Assembly: GCA_022840695.1 (NCBI GenBank)
Contig: JALHDC010000004.1
Location: 22,907-86,906, forward strand
Length of the DNA stretch: 64,000 nucleotides
Origin: a bacterium
GTDB taxonomy: Bacteria > Patescibacteriota > Dojkabacteria > SC72
Reading direction: 5' to 3'
The notes beneath the pieces are model-generated. The model saw only the letters and a program-made list of their open reading frames with translations. It had not been told where the DNA came from and ran no database searches. Position numbers and translations under genes: made by a program. This document shows positions 20,558 to 30,425 of this stretch, in pieces (position 1 is the stretch's first letter; each line of letters opens with the position of its first letter).

Positions 20558-21397
20558 ATGAATAAAAAATCTAAATATATCATTTATATAGTAATAGCTA
20601 TTGTTTTAATTCTCTTAGTATTTCTTCTTGTTAAAAATCTCTCTAAAGATTCTTTAGATGAAAAGGATAGTGGTAGTAATAATGTCTCTACACAAGACTC
20701 TGCTCTTAATTTCTTATTAGATGGTTATCCAATAGATGAGGTACCACTATATAAGTTAAGCAAGATAAGTTCTTGTAAGCTATATAATAATTGGGATCCA
20801 AATAATCGTTCAATATTTGGTGATACACAATTTAGTTACTACAATGTAGTTATATATACAGATGCTTCTCAATCTGAATTTTTAGATTATTACAAAAATT
20901 TCTTTGATGAAGAAATAGTAGATGATTATCCTATGCCAGATATGGTACAAGGGTATGTAGGTAAATATAGGGTAACAGCAGCACATTATGATTATGATAA
21001 TACAGCATATATACAGGTGTACTTCCCTGATAATGAAGTTACTAAGGAAAATATATACTTTGATACATTTCCTAATCTTTTCCAAGAGGATAGTATGTTT
21101 GTAGAGCATGAGAATTCATATGGACTACTCAATCAGGTAGGGGGACAAACAGAATATACAAAATACTATACAGTTCTAGATAGTGGGGACAAGGATAATG
21201 ATGGTAATGATGATGTAGACGAATTTGGAGTATTAATATCAAAATATCAAGGTTTGTATAGTGGTAAAGAGGAGTACGAATTTGATAGTAGTACAGGTCG
21301 TATGACTTGGGTAGAAGATGGATATGATGTAGTAGCTAGTTTTACAAGGGATCATGGGAGGATATATTTGAATATGAGAGGAAAGATGGAGAAATAG
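20558..21397 (+). CDS. hypothetical membrane-anchored/secreted protein
   Basis: N-terminal TM. Asp-rich stretch DKDNDGNDDVDE. Confidence 0.4.
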   Translation: MNKKSKYIIYIVIAIVLILLVFLLVKNLSKDSLDEKDSGSNNVSTQDSALNFLLDGYPIDEVPLYKLSKISSCKLYNNWDPNNRSIFGDTQFSYYNVVIYTDASQSEFLDYYKNFFDEEIVDDYPMPDMVQGYVGKYRVTAAHYDYDNTAYIQVYFPDNEVTKENIYFDTFPNLFQEDSMFVEHENSYGLLNQVGGQTEYTKYYTVLDSGDKDNDGNDDVDEFGVLISKYQGLYSGKEEYEFDSSTGRMTWVEDGYDVVASFTRDHGRIYLNMRGKMEK

Positions 21398-21587
21398 AAA
21401 TATCTTCTATTTAAGATATTTCTCAACCTTATTATACTGACCCTTGGTTAGGAATATTCTATGTACATCCTTATTCTTAGTTTCTCCTGTTAGGGTAGCA
21501 GTATTAGATATCCCCCAATTTACTATCTTCATAGAAGATGTATTAAGGTCTATGTAGTAATATTTCCCTTCTTTATTCATAGTTATT

Positions 21588-22313
21588 TTAGAAATATTTT
21601 AATAACTCAAAAGATCTAACATTAATTTGATTCTGAAGTTCATCCTTTACTTCATCGAAGACAAATATGTCCTCATAGTATATTAACTGATCTTCTACTA
21701 TATTCTCGAAACGATATGATACTTCTTGTGAGCCACTCTTTTCCTGGATAACTTTAGAGATTTCTCCTGTTTCTAAATCCAAGGTACTTATTCCTTGTAC
21801 CAATTCAATATATTTACCAACACTCCCACAATCATTGTAAAATAGATATCTACTATTCAGTATGTATGCTTTTCCTGTGGTACATATTTTATATCTTTCA
21901 CTATTACTATTATTAAATATAGTTGTTCCTCTTTCATTTCCAGTTCCAGAAGATATTCTTAAATATTTAATATCCTCATCTGTATTGCTGTTGGGAATAA
22001 TCTCTGGAATGTCTAAGCCACCTCCGAATACATAATTATCCAAAAGAAGATTTTCTATGTATGGACTTATAGATATTTTTAAATCTACTGTACAGCCATC
22101 AGAGCTTTTACAAAAAGCATCCTCTACCTCTAATTCTCCTTTATCTATTTTAATTAGTTCTACAGTAGTTTGATTATTGAATATGTAACTCTTATTTATA
22201 TTCTCATCTTCAACCGTTTGATTAAGTAAATTAATCTTAGAAAGGAAGAAAGAAAATATTCCAATTAGGAATATAATGATCACTAAGTGTATCGCTAGCA
22301 ATTTTTTACTCAT
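21588..22313 (-). CDS. hypothetical secreted protein
   Basis: Signal anchor. Overlaps the upstream DUF3795 gene by 8 bp (operon). Confidence 0.4.
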   Translation of the reverse strand: MSKKLLAIHLVIIIFLIGIFSFFLSKINLLNQTVEDENINKSYIFNNQTTVELIKIDKGELEVEDAFCKSSDGCTVDLKISISPYIENLLLDNYVFGGGLDIPEIIPNSNTDEDIKYLRISSGTGNERGTTIFNNSNSERYKICTTGKAYILNSRYLFYNDCGSVGKYIELVQGISTLDLETGEISKVIQEKSGSQEVSYRFENIVEDQLIYYEDIFVFDEVKDELQNQINVRSFELLKYF

Positions 22314-22722
22314 TCTCTTTGTTTTTACAATTTAAACAGTATCCCCTATGTACACATATCAATCCATTACATGTATTACATTTCCATTTAATATCTTCTT
22401 TCTTAATAAATTCCTTAATACCATTCTCCTTTATATATTCCTGATTCTCTAACATACTCATACCATATTTAGTTCTATATCTCTTATCCAATTGTTTTAA
22501 TCTAGTACATGGATATTTACTACATTCATAGCAGAATCCTGATTTAGTATCTTTGAGTAGTTTACAGTTCTTTATAACACAGTTAGCACTTCCCTTTGTT
22601 TTATATTTAATATTCTTTTCATTCCTACACCCATTACAATGATTCTTCTCTCTTTGATATCCTAAACAAAGAGAACAATTCATACCACAAGCAGCAATTA
22701 ATGATTTCTCTGTTCTTTTCAT
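22306..22722 (-). CDS. Cys-rich DUF3795-like protein
   Basis: 'CGMNCSLCLGY...C.GC...' N-terminal Cys cluster plus further CxxC pairs. Confidence 0.5.
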   Translation of the reverse strand: MKRTEKSLIAACGMNCSLCLGYQREKNHCNGCRNEKNIKYKTKGSANCVIKNCKLLKDTKSGFCYECSKYPCTRLKQLDKRYRTKYGMSMLENQEYIKENGIKEFIKKEDIKWKCNTCNGLICVHRGYCLNCKNKENE

Positions 22723-22841
22723 TAGAGAATGATAGCATATTGTATGACTGTTGTATCGTTATGTGACTCCTACTTTCCATTCCTATATCTATTCGCAATA
22801 GAGTCTTTGAATTAACTATAGAATTCATATAATATTAATAT

Positions 22842-23849
22842 ATGAAAAAGTTTGTAAAGGAGATTCTTGAAAGTATTATCGTACTCCTCCTTCTTTCTGG
22901 TCTTTTGCTTCTAGGATATGTATATAATCCTAAAAAGGTTCTTAGAATTAAGGAAAATTTAGATAACAGCTCTCCCGAAGAGTATTCCTCTATGAGTTTA
23001 GAAAGGCAGAATCTACTTTCGGAATTTGATGATTTTATCTTAGAATCTTCTACCAAAGAAGCCAAGAAATTAATACAGTTAATCTACTCTAATCCATACA
23101 AACTCAATAGATTAGTTTTGAATGATATAAAAAAAGAGGTTGAAGGGTATAGTGGAGAATTACTAGAGATTTGGTATGTATATAATATGGGTGTAGTAGC
23201 AAAGCACAAAGAAGATGTCATCTGCTTTGATCTGTCTACAGTAATAGCCTCCTCTAATTTATTGAAATTGTCAGATGTTTGTAATTATCTATTTATCTCT
23301 CATGGGGATGGGGATCATTTTAGTTCAAGAGTAGCAAAAAGAATTTTAGAAAATAATGGGAAAATTATTATTCAAGATGATACTGGGATATTTGAGGAGA
23401 GTATAAAAGCATTAGTATCGGAAGATTATTGGGAGAATATATACAACTTAGATAGTGGGAAGGAGTACAGTATTGGAAATATAAATGTTTTAGGTATTAA
23501 AACAATGCATAGGATGCAAGAGGAAAAGGATAATGCATGGTTAAGTGTGAAAGTAGGCAAATATAATATTGTTCATACAGGGGATGGTGTTTTGGATAGT
23601 CATTCTGATGTCAATCTTTTGGGTAATGTGGATGTTTTGCTTGCCAATTCAATCGTAGTACCGCTTAGTCTAAAAGATCTAAATGCAAAATATATAATCC
23701 CGTTACATATGCATGAATTGGGTCATGATAGGGAGTTTTTAAAAGAAAATTCCTTTAGCTCATATCTTGAAAAATTAAATGGTTTTGAAGAGAGTATCGG
23801 ATCAAAGATATATCCTCTTGTATGGGGAGAGAGTATAGAGGTAGTATGA
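22842..23849 (+). CDS. hypothetical protein, possible metal-dependent hydrolase (SHGDGDH motif)
   Basis: N-terminal TM. His/Asp-rich motif. Weak. Confidence 0.35.
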   Translation: MKKFVKEILESIIVLLLLSGLLLLGYVYNPKKVLRIKENLDNSSPEEYSSMSLERQNLLSEFDDFILESSTKEAKKLIQLIYSNPYKLNRLVLNDIKKEVEGYSGELLEIWYVYNMGVVAKHKEDVICFDLSTVIASSNLLKLSDVCNYLFISHGDGDHFSSRVAKRILENNGKIIIQDDTGIFEESIKALVSEDYWENIYNLDSGKEYSIGNINVLGIKTMHRMQEEKDNAWLSVKVGKYNIVHTGDGVLDSHSDVNLLGNVDVLLANSIVVPLSLKDLNAKYIIPLHMHELGHDREFLKENSFSSYLEKLNGFEESIGSKIYPLVWGESIEVV

Positions 23850-23945
23850 TACGAAAACTTGGTAGAATTCTACCTTCAGTTTCAAAAGCGATATCTTTTC
23901 TTAATGAACTCTGATAAATTCTGATAGTCTGTGCTATCATAAAGC

Positions 23946-24368
23946 ATGACAAATAAATATTTAAAAAATATATTTGTTTTTGAATGTATCATCTACATAT
24001 TGATTATCCTATTACTATTTACGGAATTAAATGAAATATTTCCAATATCTCCAGTATGGCTTTTTCTTCTATTTAGTCCTTTGGGCCTTATACAATTTTT
24101 TCTTACTAAAAAGCATGTAAAAAATAGAAAGTTGAGAATACAGTTAATGGCAAATGGATTGTCTTCTTTCTTGGTAATGATTTTTGCTGTATTGCACAAT
24201 TTGTTTTATGCTCTCTCAGAATTGATCGGGAAGAGTATATCTTCGAGCATTTTTGTTTTTTTAGAAGGAACTTCCTTTGTAATGGCTTTAGTTCTTTGTC
24301 CAATTGTATTCTTAGTGACTGCTATATTTTCAATTATCTCTTATTCTAAAGCAAAAAATAGAGAATAA
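23946..24368 (+). CDS. hypothetical small multi-TM membrane protein
   Basis: Four hydrophobic helices. Confidence 0.4.
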   Translation: MTNKYLKNIFVFECIIYILIILLLFTELNEIFPISPVWLFLLFSPLGLIQFFLTKKHVKNRKLRIQLMANGLSSFLVMIFAVLHNLFYALSELIGKSISSSIFVFLEGTSFVMALVLCPIVFLVTAIFSIISYSKAKNRE

Positions 24369-24448
24369 TATTATTTATTAGTATTCCAATAAAATTATAA
24401 AAACATCAAGAAGTAAGGTCCTGTGTCCAATTTTTGATATAATAAAGT

Positions 24449-25192
24449 ATGGAAATAATGGTACCACAAATATCACAGGGTGCAATATATGAGTATAATC
24501 ATCATATTCAATCCCAAAAAGAGGAAGGATATGGTAAGCAATATAGCTTTGAAAAACTGGGAATAGAGGATTGGACTGTAGTTGAAATGGATTCTGACGA
24601 TGTTTTGAGATTACAAACATTTGTTGAGTCTTCTCAAACAGTAGCTCCTGCATATATCTTTTGGAAGGAATGTGGAAGGCATGTAACTTTAGAAAGTGTC
24701 GCAAGAGAAGTTATTGAAAGAGAAGAAAATATTCCTGAAGAAGCAAAAATATGGATACAAGGTATACTTGAGTCTAATTTTGATAAACAGGAAGTTGAAG
24801 AAAAAATAAAAAGTGGTGAGATAGATCCCCCATTAATCTTTTTTTCTGTGTTTAAAGGTGAGGAATTAGAGAATGGGTTATTAAAAGTTGGGAATATTTT
24901 AGATGGTAATCATAGATTTCAAAGAATTGCTAGGTACTTGTTGGAATGTAGTGATGAAGAAAGAGAAAATTTTAGGTTAACATGTTTTTTAGGAAAGGTA
25001 GATGTTATGAAATATGCAACTATAAATGCACAGTATTTTGTTAAACCAACTATTAAGAGAGTTAAAAACTTCTTAGAAAGATTTATGGGTAAAGAGGTGG
25101 AGAAGATAGATGAGAAACATTTTATGACTTTCTTTGAAAGATGGTATTTGTTATTACAAAGGATTGGATATTATAAAGAGGGAAGAGAATAG
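24449..25192 (+). CDS. hypothetical protein with a ParB/Srx-fold (ParB-like nuclease) domain
   Basis: 'LKVGNILDGNHRFQRIARYL' matches the DGxHR core of ParBc/DGQHR-type domains. Confidence 0.45.
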   Translation: MEIMVPQISQGAIYEYNHHIQSQKEEGYGKQYSFEKLGIEDWTVVEMDSDDVLRLQTFVESSQTVAPAYIFWKECGRHVTLESVAREVIEREENIPEEAKIWIQGILESNFDKQEVEEKIKSGEIDPPLIFFSVFKGEELENGLLKVGNILDGNHRFQRIARYLLECSDEERENFRLTCFLGKVDVMKYATINAQYFVKPTIKRVKNFLERFMGKEVEKIDEKHFMTFFERWYLLLQRIGYYKEGRE

Positions 25193-25345
25193 GTTTGTTA
25201 AAATTAATAACTTGTGTATTGTAGAATAGATTTCATATATTTTTTCCTAACATTGTGTGAGAATTTAAATATGGTGAAATGCAAGTGTTCAAAAACTAGA
25301 ATTAACTAGAGAAAAGCATGTGGAGATATTTGTATTTCCGAGAAA

Positions 25346-25375
25346 TTGACTGTGAAACTATCTCTATGGTATACT
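25346..25375 (+). promoter_or_regulatory. sigma70-like promoter (TTGACT - 18 bp - TATACT) ahead of the NlpC/P60 reading frame
   Basis: Consensus-like hexamers seen in sequence. Confidence 0.35.
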
Positions 25376-25388
25376 CATTGGCATCTAA

Positions 25389-26012
25389 TCTGTTAGTACC
25401 TATCCGCCATTTAAGCAAAATAGTTTTGAGATTTTTACTGTTCAGGATCTTCCTTATTATCAGCAATCATATCTCCCATGGGTTGAAGGTGATTTATCAA
25501 ATATCTCTAATCCAAGGTCTACAATTCTACAAATCGCTAGTAATTATGTAGATTCTCCATCTGCTAAATATTCGTCACCCAGCGAAGGTCTTGATCCCAT
25601 TACTGGTTTCGATTGTAGTGGCTTTGTTCTTACTGTTTTAAATGAGACAAAAGAAATCTTTCCCAATCTTGTTGTCCCAAATGGGATAAGGAATGCAAAC
25701 GAGATTTTTGATAAATTAGGATGTATCATTGATCAAGAATTTGCCTTGCCCGGAGATCTGGTATTTTATACAAGATCAGGAAAAACCCCTTCCCATGTGG
25801 CAATATTTTGTGGGTATACAAAAGAGGGTGAAAGGGTAGAGATAGGCTCTGAGGGCATTTATGGTGGAAGAGTTAAAGTAAGGAAGATTATCGATAAAAA
25901 AATATTAAAACACCAGAATTCGCATACCATTTATAACTCAACCTTGATAGGTTATAAGCGGCTAGTTTATAATGTAAAAAATAATAATCGTTGGCCGACA
26001 AGGATGATCTAA
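25389..26012 (+). CDS. NlpC/P60-family cysteine peptidase domain protein. No canonical start codon in frame; the ORF track shows only an 88-aa TTG fragment. Possibly N-terminally degraded or a pseudogene.
   Basis: Manual translation of frame 3 from the stop at 25386-88 gives '...YVDSPSAKYSSPSEGLDPITGFDCSGFVLTVL...GDLVFY...SHVAIFCGY' (catalytic Cys and His). No ATG/GTG/TTG before 25746. Confidence 0.6.
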   Translation, partial: SVSTYPPFKQNSFEIFTVQDLPYYQQSYLPWVEGDLSNISNPRSTILQIASNYVDSPSAKYSSPSEGLDPITGFDCSGFVLTVLNETKEIFPNLVVPNGIRNANEIFDKLGCIIDQEFALPGDLVFYTRSGKTPSHVAIFCGYTKEGERVEIGSEGIYGGRVKVRKIIDKKILKHQNSHTIYNSTLIGYKRLVYNVKNNNRWPTRMI

Positions 26013-26203
26013 TCATTTCTCTTTGATATATATTCACTTAGACTTACTTTTTGAGATCCAAATAATCTAGCTTCTACAGACATTTTTGAGCATGGTTTAA
26101 TGGATCTTGTAGCAACCAAGGGAATATAGTGGGGCATATATTAACCTAGAATATAAAATTAGAGTGAGACAAAAAAACAGTATAAGGAGGGAAGGTTATG
26201 TTT

Positions 26204-27430
26204 TTATTTTAATACCTTAAGTATTTCTCTCCCAATGTTCTGACTAAATCCAGAATATGCCTTTTTCCCAACAAAAATAATAGGGTAATAACCATAATCC
26301 TCTGAAATACCCTCACTCTTTGAAATATTCCCCTTGTAAGCATTAAGCTGTGTACCGAAATCAGTATCAGTAGTTAAATGCTCCTCATACTCAATACCAT
26401 TCTCCTGAAAGAAGTCCTCCATCTCAACACACATAGGGCCAGTACCATTATGGAAAACTACAATACCATTGTTGCTACTCTCAACAATTCCCGAATCCCC
26501 CTCATTAAGATCTTCTACCTTGCATGGATTAGTCACATTCTCCTCCTCTTCATATGATATTGCAGGCCTAATCTTCTCTGGAGTATATGGGGCATTCTTG
26601 TTTACAGGTATCTGCCACATTGGCATAACCTTGTCTATACTTCCTAATGTATCTAAATCTACCCAATTCACCTCATAGCTATCCCAGAACCTATGCCACA
26701 TATCATTCCATCTCTCTTTGTACCCACCAATATATGTATGGGATACAGCCATGAACTTCTCATTTTGTATAGCTCTCTTGTACTGTGTCTCCATATCTCC
26801 TGTAGAGCCATTTCTTTCATAGAAGCTGTAATCACAGAAACTACCATATTTAAATTCTGGTACATCAATATTTGATACCGATATAATCTTCACATCATAT
26901 TCCTCTGGTTTGTATACTGTTGTAGCTAACTCTGTTGTCCCCCTTGCAGTAATATATTCAATACCCAATGCTTGTGCAACCTTAACTGTATTCTCATCTG
27001 ATGCCATGTACCTAGAACTAATTACTCTTGGAGTAACACCAAGATATGTTTGTGCATTTTCAATCATCTCAGAGATAATCTCATACTGCCTGTCATATGA
27101 CATACCCCAGAATGGCTCTGGATCATATGATGGTGCAAGTTCTACAACTCCTGATTTTAGAATCTCTTTTAGAACATCTGCATGCTTCTCTATGAAGCTA
27201 CCACTTACCATTAACAATCCTTTAACATCTCTCTCTTTCATATCATTTACCATATTTACCAATCCATCAGTATTTTGGAACTCAATGAGTAGCATCATGG
27301 CTTGTGGAGTAAGGGATTCTTTTTTAGGTGTATCTTTACAGACATATCGGTTAATGAGGAAATATTCTCCCACTAGAAGGAGTAGTATCCCAACTACTAA
27401 GGCTGGGATTAAGAGCAATTTTTTGTTCAT
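26204..27430 (-). CDS. membrane-anchored extracytoplasmic protein with a glutaredoxin/thioredoxin-like C-terminal domain
   Basis: N-terminal TM. C-terminus 'IVVFHNGTGPMCVEMEDFFQENGIEYEEH...YPIIFVGKKAYSGF' resembles glutaredoxin. The middle region is vaguely deacetylase-like. Confidence 0.4.
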   Translation of the reverse strand: MNKKLLLIPALVVGILLLLVGEYFLINRYVCKDTPKKESLTPQAMMLLIEFQNTDGLVNMVNDMKERDVKGLLMVSGSFIEKHADVLKEILKSGVVELAPSYDPEPFWGMSYDRQYEIISEMIENAQTYLGVTPRVISSRYMASDENTVKVAQALGIEYITARGTTELATTVYKPEEYDVKIISVSNIDVPEFKYGSFCDYSFYERNGSTGDMETQYKRAIQNEKFMAVSHTYIGGYKERWNDMWHRFWDSYEVNWVDLDTLGSIDKVMPMWQIPVNKNAPYTPEKIRPAISYEEEENVTNPCKVEDLNEGDSGIVESSNNGIVVFHNGTGPMCVEMEDFFQENGIEYEEHLTTDTDFGTQLNAYKGNISKSEGISEDYGYYPIIFVGKKAYSGFSQNIGREILKVLK

Positions 27431-27432
27431 TT

Positions 27433-27747
27433 TTAAATAGATAATAATTTAAAAAGATTTTTAACAATATTTTTTTTAGATTCTTCTAGATGATACATAA
27501 CATGTTGGCCATTTTTGGTACTTGAGATATACCCCATATCTTGTAATGTTTTGAGATGATGGGAGATGAGGTTATGTTTTAATTCCAGATTTTTAACCAT
27601 CTGGCATACGCAAGTATCTTTTTTGTAAAGGAGGCTGAGGATCTGGATACGGTTAATTACTAATAACTTCTCCAATTCTTTAATATTTTTCACTTCAAGA
27701 TGTTTCAACATATATTGAAATATACCAGTGGAGCATATTTCAGTCAA
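27433..27747 (-). CDS. ArsR/SmtB-family transcriptional regulator
   Basis: 'INRIQILSLL...CVCQMV...ISHHLKTLQDMGYISSTKNGQHVMYHL'. Confidence 0.75.
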   Translation of the reverse strand: MTEICSTGIFQYMLKHLEVKNIKELEKLLVINRIQILSLLYKKDTCVCQMVKNLELKHNLISHHLKTLQDMGYISSTKNGQHVMYHLEESKKNIVKNLFKLLSI

Positions 27748-27757
27748 GATTGAAATA

Positions 27758-28039
27758 CTATGGCTCTCTTTTGGTTATGGAGATTGCATATCCATTGATT
27801 AGGGCTTGTGAGATCTTCTGCATTACTGAGGTAAGATCTCTTTGATATTGGCTTTGAGATATGCCCATCATCTTAGCCGCATCTTCTTGATCTATGTGTT
27901 CTATATATCTCAATCTAAGTGTTTCTAACTCTTCGTCAGTTAGATTAACCTCTGTAAGCTCTCTTAGAGGTATTCCTCTTGGTTTGAAGTATGTATCATT
28001 AAATTGTATTCCTAGTCTTCTTCTGAATCGGGGTCTCAT
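27758..28039 (-). CDS. DUF134 (UPF0251) putative DNA-binding protein
   Basis: 'FKPRGIPLRELTEVNLTDEELETLRLRYIEHIDQEDAAKMMGISQSQYQR'. Confidence 0.65.
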   Translation of the reverse strand: MRPRFRRRLGIQFNDTYFKPRGIPLRELTEVNLTDEELETLRLRYIEHIDQEDAAKMMGISQSQYQRDLTSVMQKISQALINGYAISITKREP

Positions 28040-28040
28040 A

Positions 28041-28256
28041 CTAGCAATATTCTCCTCTTAGAGGGGTGCCGCATTTAGGGCAAATCTTTTTTGTACATGG
28101 TATTCCTCTTGTGTGTGGTTCTGTATATCCACAGTTAGGGCATTTACATTCCTTTGAGCCTCCAAGTCCTCTTCCTTTTAATCTTGGAAGGAAACCACGC
28201 TTTCTTCCAGTCATAGGGCCTTGTCCTAATGGCCCTGTACGGTCTAAGTTTGGCAT
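28041..28256 (-). CDS. small DUF5320-like protein (MP.LDRTGP.GQGPMTGR N-terminus, Cys-rich zinc-ribbon C-terminus)
   Basis: Signature N-terminal motif plus CxxC..CxxC. Classic neighbour of DUF134. Confidence 0.55.
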   Translation of the reverse strand: MPNLDRTGPLGQGPMTGRKRGFLPRLKGRGLGGSKECKCPNCGYTEPHTRGIPCTKKICPKCGTPLRGEYC

Positions 28257-28274
28257 ATTAATATATTAACAATT

Positions 28275-28300
28275 TAGTTATGGGTATATACCCATAACTA
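28275..28300. promoter_or_regulatory. 26-bp perfect palindrome TAGTTATGGGTAT|ATACCCATAACTA, 19 bp upstream of the DUF5320-DUF134-ArsR operon start
   Basis: Exact inverted repeat verified base by base. Likely operator. Confidence 0.55.
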
Positions 28301-28458
28301 AGTATATATCATTTTGAAATGGGGAGTCAATAGTTTGGGATGTGTTAGGAATGAAGTGTTCCGTAATGGGGAGGGTACAGGTCTGGAATCATATTCTCTA
28401 ATTTTGACATCACTAATAACGAGTGATAAACTTATTAATAACTTGTATTTTCTATTAA

Positions 28459-30195
28459 ATGAAAAACCCTTTCCTAAAACTTTCTGAATTAAAACTTGGA
28501 AAGAGACAAATAATAATTATTAGTATTGTTATTGTAGTTTTAATAGTTATCTCTTTGTTTGTATATTTCGTATTAAGAGGAAAAAATCTCCCAACATCTA
28601 TTAATAACAATGCACAAAATACTTTTGAAAAAGGATATGCAGATGATTCTGAAGAAGCATTAACTACATTCGCTCAACCCTATGATACTGAAGATACAGA
28701 TCCAACATATGATCTTTATGGGGAAGTAGGTACTCCTCCAAATGAAGACTTTAGTCATGATAGTGTGCAAATAAGTTCTGATTTTAGCCCAGATTCCGAA
28801 GAATGTAGCATGTCTGAAGAGGGAAGTTGTATAGATTTAGGAAGAGAAAAAACGGTTATGCCTAATCACTCTACAGTCAATCTTACTGTATGGGAATCGT
28901 ATGCGATTGAATGGAGTGATGATGATCTCCCAGGTGGAAGAGTAGGTCTTAAGGCTTATGCTGTATTACCTGATGCCTCTATGGCTACGATATATGATAG
29001 TACAAAGGTCCAATTCAATTTCTATGATAAAGAGACAAGGATTGTACAGATGGAAGGAGAGGTATATTACCGTGCAAAACCACAAGAGGATGATCATGTC
29101 CTTACAGTACAAGCGGGAGACAGATTGATAGAGTTGAATGATGCTGAAGCGTATGTTCAAATTATACATGATACTGATGCGGAAACAGCTAGGTATGAAG
29201 AATGGGAGAAGTTAGAGAAGGAGCTAGGCCTTGAAGATAATGATTATTATTATGATAATGGGGAATTAGATTTGGAAAAATATGAGAAATACCAACGCTC
29301 ATCAGAAGAATATCGTAAAGAGATTGAAAATAGCAAGGGAGATATATATGCAATATATGTATATATAACATCTGGTAATGCAAAGATTACATCAAGATCA
29401 GATAGAAATACTGTTCTTTCTGAGCTGAATGGAGATAATCCATTTACAATCCTTAAATATAGAGAGCCTGAGGAGAATACTAGGGTATATTTTGATGCTG
29501 AGCAGGAGGAGATAGATGAAAAGAAGGAGAAGTTGGCGACTGGTTATGAATCAACAGAATTTATGTCCAATCTTACTTTTTCTATGTCCAATTATGGAAT
29601 TGGAAATTTTGCAGAAGTATCCACAGAAGATCTTGTTAATATGTTACAGGTAAATATTAATACAATAGAACCCCAAGCTAGGAAAACTACTGCATGGTAC
29701 AAAGATGATATGGAGAATTTCCTTAGTGATTGGAATGAATTTATAGAGAAAACTTCTTGTAAGGCTGGTTGGTATAAAGCGACAGATACGACGTGTTGTC
29801 CCGATGGATATATATGGGATTCATCTAGGCAATTATGTACAAAGACTACTTATACATATTACTGTAATGATGGATATACTCTTGGATCAGATAATATGTG
29901 CCATAAAACAGGCTCGACTAGTGAATCTGTTAAACCGACAGTAGGAAATACTCCTGCTTTTACCTCAGGAAATTGTCCTCCAGAAGGTGATATAGTCATA
30001 ACCTGGTGTTATCCAGAAGATGGCAATACAAAATCAGGATATGTATTTTGTGGGTATAAAATTGTTAATAATAAAGAGAAGTATTGTCAAGATACTGTGT
30101 TAGGGGGAGTTAAAATGGTTTGTGGAAATGTGGGAGATGGGGAAATTCCCAAAACATGTCTTCCTAACGGATTTAATAACTGGGTAAATCCATAG
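28459..30195 (+). CDS. hypothetical secreted protein with a C-terminal Cys-rich region
   Basis: N-terminal TM. Acidic middle. C-terminal C..GY..C repeats. Confidence 0.45.
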   Translation: MKNPFLKLSELKLGKRQIIIISIVIVVLIVISLFVYFVLRGKNLPTSINNNAQNTFEKGYADDSEEALTTFAQPYDTEDTDPTYDLYGEVGTPPNEDFSHDSVQISSDFSPDSEECSMSEEGSCIDLGREKTVMPNHSTVNLTVWESYAIEWSDDDLPGGRVGLKAYAVLPDASMATIYDSTKVQFNFYDKETRIVQMEGEVYYRAKPQEDDHVLTVQAGDRLIELNDAEAYVQIIHDTDAETARYEEWEKLEKELGLEDNDYYYDNGELDLEKYEKYQRSSEEYRKEIENSKGDIYAIYVYITSGNAKITSRSDRNTVLSELNGDNPFTILKYREPEENTRVYFDAEQEEIDEKKEKLATGYESTEFMSNLTFSMSNYGIGNFAEVSTEDLVNMLQVNINTIEPQARKTTAWYKDDMENFLSDWNEFIEKTSCKAGWYKATDTTCCPDGYIWDSSRQLCTKTTYTYYCNDGYTLGSDNMCHKTGSTSESVKPTVGNTPAFTSGNCPPEGDIVITWCYPEDGNTKSGYVFCGYKIVNNKEKYCQDTVLGGVKMVCGNVGDGEIPKTCLPNGFNNWVNP

Positions 30196-30229
30196 TTTAC
30201 CCTTTCATTCACAAAAGAGAGATCTCTTG

Positions 30230-30425
30230 TACTGTGTAAGGCTTTCTCCTTCGAACCGAAGGGTAGTGAAAACTAGTCAAAATATGGGTATTCTCATCCA
30301 CCAGGATGTGAAATTGAAATACTTAAATTTAGAGAAGAAATAATGAAGCAACCAAGGGATTCCTAGTTATAGTGGACGGGTCTTGTCGCAACCTGGAAAG
30401 AATGGCGGGATGGACAGGACTCGAA
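30230..30425 (-). repeat. copy A of a ~190-bp direct repeat ending in a tRNA-Asp 3'-end-like fragment (GTTCGAGTCCTGTCCATCCCGCCA)
   Basis: Aligns with 34355..34548 (~75-80% identity), including 'CCTTCGAACCGA(A)GGG', 'TCATCCACCAGG', 'AGTGGACGGGTCTTGT' and the tRNA 3' 24-mer (2 mismatches). No intact tRNA is present here. Confidence 0.7.

Noticed and set aside
25318-25551. 77-aa ORF in the track
   Set aside because: Lies in a different frame over the N-terminal part of the NlpC/P60 domain reading frame. Its translation is low-complexity hydrophobic junk.
28275-28300. 26-bp palindrome as a terminal inverted repeat of a mobile element
   Set aside because: Single copy with both arms adjacent (no intervening cargo). 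Better explained as an operator.
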